DNA of 64,000 nt from Microcoleus sp. (GTDB lineage Bacteria; Cyanobacteriota; Cyanobacteriia; Cyanobacteriales; Microcoleaceae). A model generated the notes under the pieces. It had not been told where the DNA came from and searched no databases. It was given only the letters and a program-made list of their open reading frames with translations. Where the stretch lies: contig JAYFMW010000005.1 in NCBI GenBank assembly GCA_042408215.1, positions 192,001-256,000 of the forward strand, written 5' to 3'. Positions 10,934-22,658 of this stretch are shown piece after piece (the first letter of the stretch is position 1; each line of letters opens with the position of its first letter). A program made the position numbers and the translations under genes.

Positions 10934-11779
10934 CTACTTTCCTTGAGAAGGAGCAATCTTTTGCTGCAACCAAGCCATCATGCGATCGAGCATCAAACCC
11001 ACCGCCCCAATGTAGAACACCGCTAACAGAATTTCGCTGATGTAGTTTTGCTGGTAAGCATTCCAAATAAAGAAGCCAATACCAGTAATCCCCGACATCA
11101 CAATTTCCGCAGCAATAATCGCCAGCCAAGCCAAACCGATCGCAATTCTCAATCCTGTGAAGATATAAGGAAGCGCTGACGGAAACAAGATATTGATGTA
11201 ATACTCCTGACGAGAAAGTTGCAGCACTTTCGCAACGTTGTTATAGTCATCAGGAATTTGGCGGACACCTTCCGCCGTGTTGATCAAAATCGGCCAAACT
11301 GAAGTGATAAAAATCACGAACAAAGCAGCAGGTTCATTTTGTTGTAATGCAGCCAGGGCGATCGGCACCCAAGCCAAAGGAGCCACCATCCGCAAAAACT
11401 GAAAAATCGGATCTAAAGCCTTATTTAGAAAAGGATTTGTACCTACCACAACCCCCATGCCAATTCCCACGATCGCAGCGAGAGTGTAGCCTTTGGCCAC
11501 CCGTTCCAAACTCGCCAAAGTCTGCCAAAATAAGCCGACTCCGTAGGTTTTGGAATTCATGAAAGGATACAACAACAAGATCCGCGTCCGTTCATCAGTC
11601 CAAACGCTAGTCGGCCCCGGTAATTTGATAATTCCCGAACTTGACAGGAATTGCCAAACAAACAGAAATCCAATTAATCCCCAAATTGGCGGCAAGATAT
11701 TCTGGGAATTCTTCTTCCAAAATTCGCCAAAAGCTCCTTGGACATTGACTCCGCCCTTTCGACTTGTGCTTACAGCCAT
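10934..11779 (-). CDS. cmpB: Bicarbonate ABC transporter permease
   Basis: Hydrophobic; PILINTAEGV and LRIAIGLAWLAIIAAE motifs. Confidence 0.85.
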   Translation of the reverse strand: MAVSTSRKGGVNVQGAFGEFWKKNSQNILPPIWGLIGFLFVWQFLSSSGIIKLPGPTSVWTDERTRILLLYPFMNSKTYGVGLFWQTLASLERVAKGYTLAAIVGIGMGVVVGTNPFLNKALDPIFQFLRMVAPLAWVPIALAALQQNEPAALFVIFITSVWPILINTAEGVRQIPDDYNNVAKVLQLSRQEYYINILFPSALPYIFTGLRIAIGLAWLAIIAAEIVMSGITGIGFFIWNAYQQNYISEILLAVFYIGAVGLMLDRMMAWLQQKIAPSQGK

Positions 11780-11872
11780 GCTGCTAATCTCCTATGTTTC
11801 TGCTGTTTGTTTGCGAGACTAATTTTTCGAGACCAAATTTTCGAGACTAAATTATGGGAAGCTAAGACCCCA

Positions 11873-13273
11873 TCACACTTTTTTAATGACCAAACTCTTG
11901 AGATAAGCTTCTGGACTATCTGGGTTGAATTCTGTGCCATCAAAGAACTTCTCAATGCCACGAGACGTACTTTTCGGAATGTCGGCATCAGCAACTCCAG
12001 CTAATTTGGCTGCTTTTTTCCAGATATCTGCGCGGTTGACTTTACCGATTAGTGTCTTTTTGTCTGCCAAGGTTTTTGTCGGTAAGAAACCCCAGCGAAC
12101 ACTCTCGGTTAAGAACCACAAATCGTGACTTGCGTAAGGATAAGAAACGTTACCGACGCCATCGTTCCAGTACAGCGGGCCCATTTTGAAGTCGTTGATG
12201 TCTGGTTTGCTGTCGCCCATGGCATACTTGCCTTCATAGGGCGGTGTCAAAACTAGCGGAGATACGTCAAAGAAGCCTTTACCAGAAACGATCGCCACCA
12301 ATTCAGCTCGATGTTCGGGCTTGTCACACCATTGCTGCGCTTCCATTAGTCCTGCTAGCAGGGCTTCGGTGGCTTTCGGGTGTTTGTCTACCCAGTCGCC
12401 GCGAATTGCTAGATATTCCTCTGGGTGAGCTTTCCAGATTTCGGCAGTCAGGGCTGACATGAAGCCGATTTTTTCTTTGACGATTCGCAGGGGCCAAGGA
12501 TCGCCGGTGCTGAAACCGTCCATACTGCCGGTTTTCATGTTGGCCACGGTTTGGGCTGCCGGTACTGTTAGCAAGCTGACATCTGTATCGGGATTGATGC
12601 CGTTAGCGGCTAACCAGTAGCGAATCCACAAATCCTGGTTAACTTTGGGGAAGGTGTAGGCTGCCTTGAAGGGAGTGCCTGCTTTGGCTAGACCTTTGAT
12701 ATAGTCCTGGGCAGCTTGGTCTAGTTTAAGTCCGATGCCTTTGCCTTCGTGTTTGGACGCGATCGCAATTCCATTTCCCTGAGTGTTCAACTGAGCCAGA
12801 ACATACATCGGAAGTCCGTCTTTGTTCTTGGTGATCAGGCCTTTACTAATTAGATAAGGCATCGGCATTTGCCACTGGCCGCCGTCTATACCACCGCCTG
12901 CCGATCCGATTTCTACGTTATCTCTGGCGGAGCCCCAGTTAGCTTGCTTAGCAACTGTGACCTCAGTCATGCCGTATTTGGCAAAAAAGCCTTTTTCTTG
13001 GGCAATGATTAAAGGTGCTGCTTCGACGATCGGGATATATCCCAATGTGATTTTAGTGCTTTCAATTCCTTCTACTCTTTTCTCGTTGGCAACAGCAACT
13101 ACTGAGGTGGCCGCAGGCGCTGTCCCTGCGCCAGCAGTGGCACCAGTGCCAGCACTAGCGCCCGGTTCTGGGGGATTTCCCAGACAGCCTTTGAGCAATA
13201 CTGAACTGACGGCAGATGCACCTGCTGTCACGATAAATTTACGTCTGGAAAAATTCTCGGAAAATTTTGTCAT
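11873..13273 (-). CDS. cmpA: Bicarbonate-binding lipoprotein
   Basis: RRKF signal, LKGC lipobox, [39 protein letters not shown] (CmpA-type). Confidence 0.9.
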   Translation of the reverse strand: MTKFSENFSRRKFIVTAGASAVSSVLLKGCLGNPPEPGASAGTGATAGAGTAPAATSVVAVANEKRVEGIESTKITLGYIPIVEAAPLIIAQEKGFFAKYGMTEVTVAKQANWGSARDNVEIGSAGGGIDGGQWQMPMPYLISKGLITKNKDGLPMYVLAQLNTQGNGIAIASKHEGKGIGLKLDQAAQDYIKGLAKAGTPFKAAYTFPKVNQDLWIRYWLAANGINPDTDVSLLTVPAAQTVANMKTGSMDGFSTGDPWPLRIVKEKIGFMSALTAEIWKAHPEEYLAIRGDWVDKHPKATEALLAGLMEAQQWCDKPEHRAELVAIVSGKGFFDVSPLVLTPPYEGKYAMGDSKPDINDFKMGPLYWNDGVGNVSYPYASHDLWFLTESVRWGFLPTKTLADKKTLIGKVNRADIWKKAAKLAGVADADIPKSTSRGIEKFFDGTEFNPDSPEAYLKSLVIKKV

Positions 13274-13850
13274 AGCCTAGCCTCGCTGCAAACCTAAATC
13301 TTCTGTAACGACATCACTGAAGTTTATCTAAGCGCTTTTTTTCGAGTTCACTGTTGGACTTTAGCGAACTCTTTTGAGCGGCCGTTGGTAAAGGCGATCG
13401 GAGGACAAGCGACTGGCTCTTCGCCGGCCGGACTGTCCTCTTTGGTTGATTTAAAACCCTCGATCAACTCAATACCTTTGTCAGCTCAATGGTGTTAACT
13501 CAGTTTTTGTGAGTAGCACATTTAAACTTGCTTGATTATTCAGCTTACCGCACTCTGCGTGAAATTCTAAAACAAATATTAAATTTGATTGATAAGTAAA
13601 TATTTTCGGATGCTGCTGTCAATAAGTAACCTTTGTTTGGGCGATCGGGTTTACTTATCAAAAACCTTTCAAACTAAGACTTTCTGGGCAACGGTTGTAG
13701 CTAATGGCGATCCGGGGGCATTCAAATCCATTGTCAATAAGCTGCCAACATCGCTGTCACCTCACATTTACTTTGTTAATATATGTCTATTTTTTTTAAG
13801 CTATCGGTTTACTGTATTCTAGGATACAGAAATAATTGTGGTGAAGTGCA

Positions 13851-14035
13851 TATCTAGTTGGATCGGAATGATTTAACCGCAGAGTACGCAGAGAACGCAG
13901 AGTCAGAGAAGAGAGAGAGATGAATATAGCCTTTCTCAGTAACAGTGCGGTGCTATAGGGCATAGGGCATAGGGCATAGGGCATACCTCACTTTCTTGAG
14001 AACCGCTATAATTCCGGTGCAACCGGAATTGATAT
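13851..14035. repeat. Nested MITE-like elements containing (GGGCATA)n
   Basis: Outer element is an inverted copy of 1-103; inner element 13925-14010 has TATAGCCTTTCTCA...TGAGAACCGCTATA ends. Confidence 0.7.
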
Positions 14036-14070
14036 GATATCACAACAGAACCCACCCTACCTATTCATTT

Positions 14071-14478
14071 ATGAATCTCACAAAAGGTGCTGCAATAAGA
14101 CTAACAATTCTCTTTGTTTTGCTCGGAATAGGTGGTGCTTATTCATGGCAAATTATGTCAAATCCGGCTTCTTTATCGCAATCTAAATTATTAGAGGACA
14201 TCTATGTAAAGGGCAATTATATTGAAGCATTTATCTGGTTTTGCTTTGCTGTTGGTTTCGCTCTTGATGCCGTGAAAACATCAGGAAAAACCAGAATTCA
14301 TCGCCTGATTACTACCCTGATTTTTTTCTTGTTTGGTTGCTCAGATATTGTCGAAGTACAAACGGGCGCGTGGTGGAGTCCTTGGTGGTTATTTGTTTGG
14401 AAAGTTTCTTGTGGTTTATCTATGATGCTCTTATTTTGGGTTTATTTACGCGATCGCGCCCTTTCTAATAAACCATAA
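14071..14478 (+). CDS. Hypothetical membrane protein
   Basis: About four hydrophobic segments; FGCSDIVEVQTGAWWSPWWLF. Confidence 0.75.
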   Translation: MNLTKGAAIRLTILFVLLGIGGAYSWQIMSNPASLSQSKLLEDIYVKGNYIEAFIWFCFAVGFALDAVKTSGKTRIHRLITTLIFFLFGCSDIVEVQTGAWWSPWWLFVWKVSCGLSMMLLFWVYLRDRALSNKP

Positions 14479-14496
14479 ATTTTCTGGTCGGTAAGA

Positions 14497-14556
14497 GGGG
14501 GCGGGTTTACGGGATGCTGAGTTTTAAACATAGATGGTTGGTAAAACCCGCCCCTA
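14497..14556. repeat. REP-like palindrome GGGGCGGGTTT...AAACCCGCCCC
   Basis: Same family at 28340-28400 and 28571-28631. Confidence 0.7.
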
Positions 14557-14621
14557 GGAGTGCTCTAAAACCGAGAAACCTGGTTTCTTGAAGAAACCCA
14601 GTTTCTGAAAGCCCGGTACTT

Positions 14622-17387
14622 TTAGTTCGGCGGGTCAAAGCGGTTGACGGAGAGAGCAACACCGATCATTGGTAGCGCGACGCCGAAGCAAATTAGCCAC
14701 TGATCCAGATTCATCGGAGCCGTCTCAAATATGCTATTGATAAACGGAGAATTAGCAAAGATAATCTGCAAAATTATCGCCAAAACAATTCCGACACCGA
14801 GGGCGGGAGCGCCGCTAACTTCTTTCTTAGAACCGCTAAATTTAGCAATCAAAGAAGGTAACAACTGGCTGAGACTCAACAGGTAAAAAATTCTCCCCAT
14901 TACCAAGGCTTGAATGGCCATCGTGCGGGCGAGTTGGATCGTCCCCCAATCCGCTTGGCGTACCCATTCAAACATTCCGAAAATCAGAGTCCAGTTGTAT
15001 AGAGAAATAGCGATGATCCGCTTGATCCGATTTGCAGTCAGTAAAGGTTCATTGGCCGGTCGGGGCTGTTGTTGCATGACTCCCGCTGACTTGGGCTCGA
15101 AAGCCAGGGGCACAGTCATCGTAATCGAGTTGAGCATATTCAGCCAGAGAATTTGCAGCGACAAAATCGGCAATTCTCGACCGAGGAGGGTGCTGAGCAA
15201 GATTGTCATTGACTCCCCGCCGTTGACTGGGAGAATGAAGCTGATTGCTTTGAGCAGATTTTTGTAGACCGATCGCCCTTCTTCGACAGCAGATTCGATC
15301 GACGCAAAGTTATCATCGGTGAGGATCATGTCGGCGGCTTCCTTTGAAACTTCGGTACCGCTACCCATCGCAATCCCGATATCCGCTTGTTTGAGCGCCG
15401 GCGCATCGTTAACGCCGTCTCCCGTCATCGCCACAATTTCGCCTTTTTGCTGCAAAGCTTCCACGAGGCGGAGTTTTTGTTCTGGGGCGACGCGGGCAAA
15501 AACTGAGCCTGCTGCTACAGCTTCGGCGAGTTCGCTCTTGTTCATTTCGGCGAGCTCGGCGCCGGTGTAGGCTACAAGTTCTCTGTTGTGTTTCGTTTTG
15601 CGGAATCCCATTCGGCGGGCGATCGCCTTGGCTGTAGCGATGTGGTCGCCGGTAATCATTTTGACTTGAATGCCGGCGGTTTGACAAGCTTGGACGGCGG
15701 CGATCGCTTCAGCCCGTGGCGGGTCGATCATACCTTGGAGTCCCAAAAAAATCAGCCCAGATTCCAAATCCGAGTGATCGACGGAATTTTGGTTTTCGGG
15801 TACGGGCTTTTTCGCTAAAGCCAAGACGCGCAAACCTTGCTGCGCCATTTCCTCGACAGAAAGGTGAGTTTGTTCGCGATCGACTTGTACCGGATTTCCT
15901 TGGGTATCGAGACTGGAACCGCAGCGACTGAGAACTGATTCTACGGAACCTTTGACGTACAAAATTTTGCCAGTGGGAGTTTTGTGCAACGTCGCCATGT
16001 ATTGAAACTGCGATTCAAAGGGAATTGAATCCAGTCGCGGCATGGATTTTTCTAAACTTGGCTGACTCAATTCTGCTTTTTTTGCAACAGCAATTAACGC
16101 TCCTTCTGTCGGATCTCCAACGACAATCCAATTATCGTTTTTGAATTCCAGGTGAGAGTCATTGCAAATCAGTCCGGCTTGCAAACATTCTTGCAAAGTT
16201 GGAGCTTGACTGACAGTAATTGGCAGTTGGTTGAGCTGAATTTCACCTTCGGGGCTGTATCCCGTACCCGTAACTGAGTAGGATTCGCCACCAGAATAGA
16301 TTTCTTGCACCGTCATCTGGTTTTCCGTCAAAGTTCCCGTTTTGTCGGAACAGATGACTGTAGCGCCGCCTAGGGTCTCTACAGCGGGCAATTTGCGGAC
16401 GATCGCGTGGCGAGTTGCCATCCGCGAAACGCCCACGGCGAGGGTAACGGTGATGACGGCGGGTAGGCCTTCGGGAATTGCGCCGACAATCAGGGCGACT
16501 GCGGGTTCTACTGCTTCTTTAAAGGCTGAAACTCCCGCAGGGACTGGTCTGCCCAACCTGACGGCGAAGGTCAAGGTTGCCATTCCCAGGACGAATAACA
16601 GCCAGTTTTGACTGAATTCGTTGAATTTGCGGGTTAAGGGGGTGGTGAGATCGATGTGCCGGTCTAATAGTTGGGAGATTTTGCCGGTTTCGGTTTTATT
16701 GGCGATCGCAATTACGATGCCGCTACCTTGGCCAAAAGTTACAAAACTGCCGGCATAGGCCATGTTATCCCGTTCTGCTAGTGGCGTTTCTTCTGGCAGA
16801 ACCAAGTCTCCCGACGTTCCTAATTCTTTTTCGACAGCAACAGATTCCCCAGTAAGTCCTGATTCGTCGATTTGCAAGTCGCGCACTTTAACTAATCGCA
16901 AGTCTGCCGGTACTTTGTCACCGGAAGTCAGGGTTACTAAGTCGCCGACAACAAGTTCTTTCGAGGGAATTTTTAATTTTTTGCCGCCCCGAATGACTGT
17001 AGCTTCGGTGGTGACAGCTTTGGCTAGGGCTTCGATTTTTTTCTCGGCTCCAGCTTCTTGGATGAAACTAATAGTAGCGTTGGTGGTTGTTACGCCCCAA
17101 ATTACGCTGGCATTCAGCCATTCTCCAATCAGTGCTTTGATTAAACCTGCACTCAATAAGATGATCAACAGGGGTTGGTTGAATTGCAGGATGAATTTTA
17201 ACCAGGCGGGTTTCCCTGCTTTAACTGTTAGTTCGTTGGAGCCGAATAGCTGTTGGCGACTAGCGGCTTCTGTCGGTTCTAAACCGCTTTCCAGGTTGGT
17301 TTCTAAGATAGTTGCAACCTTTGATCTTTCTAGGTAGTGCCAATATTGCTCTGCTACGTCTACATCGTTTGCGGCTGTTGCTGGCAT
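14622..17387 (-). CDS. P-type (P2-like) cation-transporting ATPase
   Basis: [27 protein letters not shown]. Confidence 0.95.
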   Translation of the reverse strand: MPATAANDVDVAEQYWHYLERSKVATILETNLESGLEPTEAASRQQLFGSNELTVKAGKPAWLKFILQFNQPLLIILLSAGLIKALIGEWLNASVIWGVTTTNATISFIQEAGAEKKIEALAKAVTTEATVIRGGKKLKIPSKELVVGDLVTLTSGDKVPADLRLVKVRDLQIDESGLTGESVAVEKELGTSGDLVLPEETPLAERDNMAYAGSFVTFGQGSGIVIAIANKTETGKISQLLDRHIDLTTPLTRKFNEFSQNWLLFVLGMATLTFAVRLGRPVPAGVSAFKEAVEPAVALIVGAIPEGLPAVITVTLAVGVSRMATRHAIVRKLPAVETLGGATVICSDKTGTLTENQMTVQEIYSGGESYSVTGTGYSPEGEIQLNQLPITVSQAPTLQECLQAGLICNDSHLEFKNDNWIVVGDPTEGALIAVAKKAELSQPSLEKSMPRLDSIPFESQFQYMATLHKTPTGKILYVKGSVESVLSRCGSSLDTQGNPVQVDREQTHLSVEEMAQQGLRVLALAKKPVPENQNSVDHSDLESGLIFLGLQGMIDPPRAEAIAAVQACQTAGIQVKMITGDHIATAKAIARRMGFRKTKHNRELVAYTGAELAEMNKSELAEAVAAGSVFARVAPEQKLRLVEALQQKGEIVAMTGDGVNDAPALKQADIGIAMGSGTEVSKEAADMILTDDNFASIESAVEEGRSVYKNLLKAISFILPVNGGESMTILLSTLLGRELPILSLQILWLNMLNSITMTVPLAFEPKSAGVMQQQPRPANEPLLTANRIKRIIAISLYNWTLIFGMFEWVRQADWGTIQLARTMAIQALVMGRIFYLLSLSQLLPSLIAKFSGSKKEVSGAPALGVGIVLAIILQIIFANSPFINSIFETAPMNLDQWLICFGVALPMIGVALSVNRFDPPN

Positions 17388-17672
17388 GATTCTTCCTGAA
17401 TATTTTGGTAGGCTTCGGGCGAGCTTTTATAGCTCCTGAATGGGCGCGCTGAATACAACTCCTCGCTGGTTGGAGCGTGAATATATTGAGCGACTTAATT
17501 GTTTGTTATTTAGTTTTACGGGCTGTGACTTAGATCAATATTACAAGGGATCGGTCCGTCTGTGGCAATAGATTTTGGGAATTCTTTTCGGCGCTAAATC
17601 TTTTTTGGGACTTGGCGGCTAAGGTGAGAAAAAGTTGCTCAGATCCTTGACATTTTGCAGATTTTAGTTGTG

Positions 17673-18005
17673 ATTGAGGAACGAAACCCAAACATCGTCA
17701 AATTCTCTCCCCCTCTCTTCCTCTCTCCCACTCTTGATTTTTGGGTGCAAGTCGATCGCCAGAGTGTTAAAACCTAGTTAAGCAACCATATTCTGAACTT
17801 ATGGAAATACTTGTGACGCTGGTGCTGGGTTCGGTGCTGTTGCTCTGGGGAATGGGTTCGGAAAGCTGTTAGTTCGATCGTCCGTTACTGCTAATGATTT
17901 GTTTAAGGGCAGAAATTCGATCGCCCAGGCTGTAGCGATGCGATCGCCTGCGATCGTTTTGACTTGGATGCCGGCGGTTTGACAAGCTGGGACGGCTGCG
18001 ATCGC
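17673..18005. pseudogene. Chimeric scar: copy of the C39 peptidase promoter and 5' end joined to an 89-bp ATPase fragment
   Basis: 17673-17925 matches 22532-22784; 17917-18005 matches 15619-15707. Confidence 0.8.
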
Positions 18006-18067
18006 AATTCAAGACTCAATGTTATCAATTGCTAGTCTGCTAGCCCAAAAGACCGATCGCCATTTAC

Positions 18068-19406
18068 CAAAAAGCTGGGTCTAAAGCCCCGTCCTTATAG
18101 GACGGCTTTAATTTCTCCAGAACTCTGTTATAGTCTTTATATTCACTCACTCGACGTAAATGTTAGTATTTGAAGCCAAGCTAGAAGGGAAAAGCGAGCA
18201 GTACGAACGGCTAGACGAAGCCATTCGTACTGCTCGCTTCATTCGTAATAGCTGCATCAGGTACTGGATGGATACCCCAGGGGTAGGTCGCTACGACTTA
18301 AGCGCTTATTGCGTAGTTCTTGCCAAAGAATTTCCTTGGGCCAGTAAGCTCAACTCAATGGCAAGGCAAGCTTCTGCTGAAAGAGCTTGGTCAGCGATTG
18401 CACGATTCTTCGACAACTGCAAGAAGGCAAAACCAGGAAAGAAAGGTTTTCCGCACTTCAAAAAGCATGAAACGCACGGTTCTGTTGAATACAAGACCTG
18501 TGGGTGGAAGCTTTCTGAAGACCGACGAAATATAACTTTCACTGATGGATTTAAAGCCGGAATTTTTAAATTATGGGGAACTCGTGACCTACATTTCTAT
18601 CAGCTAAGTCAAGTTAAACGAGTGCGCGTAGTTCGTCGAGCCGATGGCTACTACGTGCAATTTTGTATTGACGCTGAACGAAACGAAAAGCGGGAGCCGA
18701 CCGGAAAAACAATCGGTTTGGATGTAGGGCTAACTCATTTCTACACAGACTCTGACGGTAATACCGTAGAGAACCCGCGCCATCTAAGAAAGTCCGAAAG
18801 ATCGTTAAAAAAGCTTAATCGTAGACTTTCTCGAACGCAGAAAGGTTCTAAAAATAGAGCTAAGGCTCGAAATCGTTTAAGTAGAAAACACCTCAAGGTA
18901 AGCAGGCGGCGTAAAGACTTTGCTGTGAAATTAGCAAGGTGCGTAGTCCAGTCTAACGACTTGGTAGCCTATGAAGACTTGCAGGTGCGTAACATGGTCA
19001 AAAACAAAAAGCTATCCAAGTCGATATCAGATGCGGCTTGGACAGCTTTTAGAAATTGGATTGAATATTTTGGCAAAGTGTTTGGGGTGGCAACTGTTGC
19101 AGTACCGCCACACTATACAAGTCAAAATTGTTCTAGTTGTGGGAAAGTGGCGAAAAAGTCATTAAGTCAAAGAACACATATTTGTCCACATTGTGGATTC
19201 GTTTTAGACCGAGATTGGAACGCCGCTCGCAACATATTAGAACTTGGATTGCGTACCGTGGGGCACACGGAAACCTCAAACGCCTCTGGAGATATCGACA
19301 AGAGTTTGAATGAGGAAACTCTTTTAAATAAGTCGGATCGCCGAAAGAGGAAGCCTAAACAGTGATGTTTAGAATCACCGTGGCTTCAGCCCGGTGAGAA
19401 TGTCAA
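18068..19406 (+). mobile_element. IS200/IS605-family tnpB-only element with IS608-like ends
   Basis: TTAC target at 18064-18067; left end AAAG+CCCCGTCCTTATAGGACGG hairpin; right end GAAT+CACCG...CGGTG+AGAATGTCAA. Confidence 0.9.
18160..19365 (+). CDS. tnpB: TnpB RNA-guided endonuclease
   Basis: RuvC GLDVG / YEDL / DRDWNAA; zinc finger CSSC..CPHC. Confidence 0.95.
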   Translation: MLVFEAKLEGKSEQYERLDEAIRTARFIRNSCIRYWMDTPGVGRYDLSAYCVVLAKEFPWASKLNSMARQASAERAWSAIARFFDNCKKAKPGKKGFPHFKKHETHGSVEYKTCGWKLSEDRRNITFTDGFKAGIFKLWGTRDLHFYQLSQVKRVRVVRRADGYYVQFCIDAERNEKREPTGKTIGLDVGLTHFYTDSDGNTVENPRHLRKSERSLKKLNRRLSRTQKGSKNRAKARNRLSRKHLKVSRRRKDFAVKLARCVVQSNDLVAYEDLQVRNMVKNKKLSKSISDAAWTAFRNWIEYFGKVFGVATVAVPPHYTSQNCSSCGKVAKKSLSQRTHICPHCGFVLDRDWNAARNILELGLRTVGHTETSNASGDIDKSLNEETLLNKSDRRKRKPKQ

Positions 19407-20854
19407 ACAATTGAATTGAGACTTTGGGCTGCATCGTTCAATTGTTGAGCGCCTACTTTGGTGTGAGTAATACCACTAGCGGTTTCTTTGGCCGATTGGT
19501 TGAGGCTGTTCATAGCATCGACTACTTGTTGAATGGCGATCGCCTGTTGTTGAGCAGTTAGAGAAATTTGTTGATTGTTCAATACCACATTGTTAAAAGC
19601 ATAAGCCACTTCCGAGAAAGCTGCTGCCGTTTGTTGACTAATTTTGTTTCCTGATTCTACTGTGTTAGTACCTTCATTTGTCACCGTTACAGTGGAATCG
19701 ATCGCATTCTCGATCTCAGCGACAAGGTTGTTAATCTTCTCAGCAGATTTCTTACTTTGATCTGCTAGTTTGCGGATTTCTGTTGCTATGACAGTAAAAC
19801 CTTTGCCGTTTTCGCCCGCCCGCACCGCTTCTATTGCGGCATTTATCGCTAACATATTCGTTTGATTGGCTAAATCTGTCACCACACTAGAGATATTGCC
19901 AATCTGATTGGTTTGTTCGCTCAATCGCATAATTTGTTGGGCGATCGCCCCGACATTTTCTTTCAATATTGTCATATATTCCAGAGTTTCCTTCACTGCT
20001 AGGGTTCCCCCTTCAGCGATCTTTAAAGCTTTCCGTGCAGATTCAGCACCAGCTTGGGCTTGCTGGGCTGATTGTTGGGAAGAAGCGCCCAACTCATCCA
20101 TTACGATCGTAGTTTGATTCACAGCAGCAGATTGCTGTGCGGCGGTGCGTTCCTGCTGTTCAACTGTGGTCGCAATCTCTGTCGAAGAACTGGCGATCGC
20201 ATTTACTGCTTCACCAATCGTTTTAGCAATACCTGAAGAGATTAAAAAGGCAGTAATCAAGGCGATCGTGATGCCTAAGACTGCCCCAACCAAAACGGCA
20301 GAGACTAAAAAGCGGATATTTTCCTCTGCGTTGGAAGTTACAGCGTCAAGAAGTTCCTGCTCTTTTTCACCAAAGTAGTTATTTAATTCGTAATACTCAT
20401 TCAGAATTAATGCCCCTTTTTTTGTGGAAAACAATTCCAGCGCTTCTTTTTGTTTTCCTTGCTTTACTAACTTAATCATTTTCCCATAATAATCATCATA
20501 TTCTTTTTGTAAGTCAATTAATGTTTTCAGAAGCTCTTTCTGGCTGGTATTTTCAATCGTATTGCCGAGAGATTTTGCTAATTTCTGAAATTTTAGTAAG
20601 TTGTTCTGATAATCCTTTAAAAAATATTCATCCCTGTTCAGAATATAGCCTCTCGTATCTCCCACCATTTGGGCCAGGTAAAAACCCATACGATCCACCC
20701 CTTCTATGGTAGTTATTGAGATTTTTGTTTGTCTATAGGACTCCCCTACCTTACTGGCGCTTGAGAAGACTGGTATCACTAATCCTAAAAATAAAGAAAT
20801 GGGAACTGCATATCCGAGTAACATCCGGTTTCTCAGCTTCAAGTTGGTGAACAT
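19403..20854 (-). CDS. Methyl-accepting chemotaxis protein (CHASE3-like sensor)
   Basis: Two TM segments, [33 protein letters not shown]. Confidence 0.9.
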   Translation of the reverse strand: MFTNLKLRNRMLLGYAVPISLFLGLVIPVFSSASKVGESYRQTKISITTIEGVDRMGFYLAQMVGDTRGYILNRDEYFLKDYQNNLLKFQKLAKSLGNTIENTSQKELLKTLIDLQKEYDDYYGKMIKLVKQGKQKEALELFSTKKGALILNEYYELNNYFGEKEQELLDAVTSNAEENIRFLVSAVLVGAVLGITIALITAFLISSGIAKTIGEAVNAIASSSTEIATTVEQQERTAAQQSAAVNQTTIVMDELGASSQQSAQQAQAGAESARKALKIAEGGTLAVKETLEYMTILKENVGAIAQQIMRLSEQTNQIGNISSVVTDLANQTNMLAINAAIEAVRAGENGKGFTVIATEIRKLADQSKKSAEKINNLVAEIENAIDSTVTVTNEGTNTVESGNKISQQTAAAFSEVAYAFNNVVLNNQQISLTAQQQAIAIQQVVDAMNSLNQSAKETASGITHTKVGAQQLNDAAQSLNSIV

Positions 20855-20893
20855 GATAATATCTCCTTTTAAGTTAAGTAGCCCTAGGGCCTG

Positions 20894-22345
20894 CTAAACT
20901 ATTGAATTGAGACTTTGGGCAGCATCGTTCAATTGTTGAGCGCCTACTTTGGTTTGAGTAATGCCACTAGCGGTTTCTTTGGCCGATTGGTTGAGGCTGT
21001 TCATAGCATCGACTACTTGTTGAATAGCAACTGCCTGTTGTTGGGCCGTTAGATAAATTTGTTGATTGTCCAATACCACATTGTTAAAAGCCTTTGTCAC
21101 TTCCGAGAAAGCTCCTGCCGTTTTTAGACTAATTTTGTTTCCTTCTTCTACTGTCTTACTGCCTTCATTTGTCACCGTTACAGTGGAATTGAGCGCATTC
21201 TTGATATCAGCGACAAGGTTGTTAATCTTCTCAGCAGATTTCTTACTTATATCTGCTAGTTTGCGGATTTCTGTTGCTATGACATTAAAACCTTTGCCGT
21301 TTTCGCCCGCCCGCACCGCTTCTACTGCGGCATTTAGCGCTAACATATTCGTTTGATTGGCTAAATCTGTCACCACACTAGAGATATTGCCAATCTGATT
21401 GGTTTGTTCGTTCAAGCGCATAATTTGTTGGGCGATCGCCCCTACTTTTTCTTTCAATATTGTCATCGATTCCAGGTTTTGCTCCACTGCTAGGGCTCCC
21501 CCTTCAGTGATCTTTAAAGCTTGCCGTGCAGCGCCCGCAGCAGCTTGGGCTTGCTGGGCTGATTGTTGAGAAGCAGCGCCCAACTCATCCATTGTGATCG
21601 TAGTTTGATTTACAGAGCTAGATTGCTGTAGGGCTGTGCGTTCCTGCTGTTCAACTGTGGTCGCAATCTCTGTCGAAGAACTGGCGATCGCACTAACTGC
21701 TTCACCAATCGTTTTAGCAATACCTGAAGAGATTAAAAAGGCAGTAATCAAGGCGATCGTGATGCCTAAGACTGCCCCAACCAAAACGGCAAAGACTAAA
21801 AAGCGGATAGTTTCTTCTGCTTTGGAAGTTGCAGCGCCCAGAATTTCATGCTCTTTTTGATTAAAGGAGCGATTTATTTCGTCAACCTCATTCATAATTA
21901 ATACTTCTTTTTTGGTGGCAAAAACATCCAGCGCTTCTTTTTGCTTTCCTTGTTTTACTAACTCAATCATTTGTTCGGAATAATACTCATATTTTTTTTG
22001 TAAGTCCAGGGCTTTTTTTAATCGCTCTTTCTGGCTGAAATTTTCAATCGTATTGCTTACAGATTCTGCTGATTCCTGAAATTTTTCTAAGTCTGTCTTA
22101 TAAGCCTTTAAATAATCTTCATCTCTGCTCAAAATATAGCCTCTCGTATCTCCCACCATTTGGGAAATGGAAAAATTCATAGCATTCACCCCCTCGATGG
22201 AAGTAATTGATCTTGTTGTTTGTCTATAGGACTCGGCTATCTGACTGGCGCTTGAGAATACTGGTATCACTAATCCTAAAAATAAAACAATGGGAATTAT
22301 ATATCCGAGGAACATCCGGTTCCTCAGCTTCAAGTTGGCGAACAT
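20894..22345 (-). CDS. Methyl-accepting chemotaxis protein, tandem paralog
   Basis: Same 483-aa length and motifs as neighbour. Confidence 0.9.
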   Translation of the reverse strand: MFANLKLRNRMFLGYIIPIVLFLGLVIPVFSSASQIAESYRQTTRSITSIEGVNAMNFSISQMVGDTRGYILSRDEDYLKAYKTDLEKFQESAESVSNTIENFSQKERLKKALDLQKKYEYYSEQMIELVKQGKQKEALDVFATKKEVLIMNEVDEINRSFNQKEHEILGAATSKAEETIRFLVFAVLVGAVLGITIALITAFLISSGIAKTIGEAVSAIASSSTEIATTVEQQERTALQQSSSVNQTTITMDELGAASQQSAQQAQAAAGAARQALKITEGGALAVEQNLESMTILKEKVGAIAQQIMRLNEQTNQIGNISSVVTDLANQTNMLALNAAVEAVRAGENGKGFNVIATEIRKLADISKKSAEKINNLVADIKNALNSTVTVTNEGSKTVEEGNKISLKTAGAFSEVTKAFNNVVLDNQQIYLTAQQQAVAIQQVVDAMNSLNQSAKETASGITQTKVGAQQLNDAAQSLNSIV

Positions 22346-22658
22346 AGCAAGCTCTCCTTTTAGGTGAAGTGGCTGAATTATCTGATTCTAAACCATTGAC
22401 TCAGACTTATCAATAAAAATCGGGCAAAACTTAATATCGAGCCAGCGATGCAGGTCAAAGTCTTTAGGATTGAGGGTTGTTTTGTTTGCTTCGATTTTGG
22501 ATAAATCCTGTTTATTCGATTGTAGCGGGGAATTGAGGAACGAAACCCAAACATCGTCAAATTCTCTCCCCCACTCTTCCTCTCTCCCACTCTTGATTGG
22601 GGTGCAAGTCGATCGCAAAGCGTGTTAAAACCTAGTTAAACGACCGAATTCTCAACTT

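Noticed and set aside
7458..13273. Nitrate transporter nrtABCD
   Set aside because: Binding protein and C-subunit motifs fit CmpA/CmpC; no nirA/narB adjacent
20894..20925. Self-targeting of the MCP paralog by the neighbouring TnpB guide
   Set aside because: The sequence resembles the guide but is preceded by CTAA, not the inferred TTAC TAM
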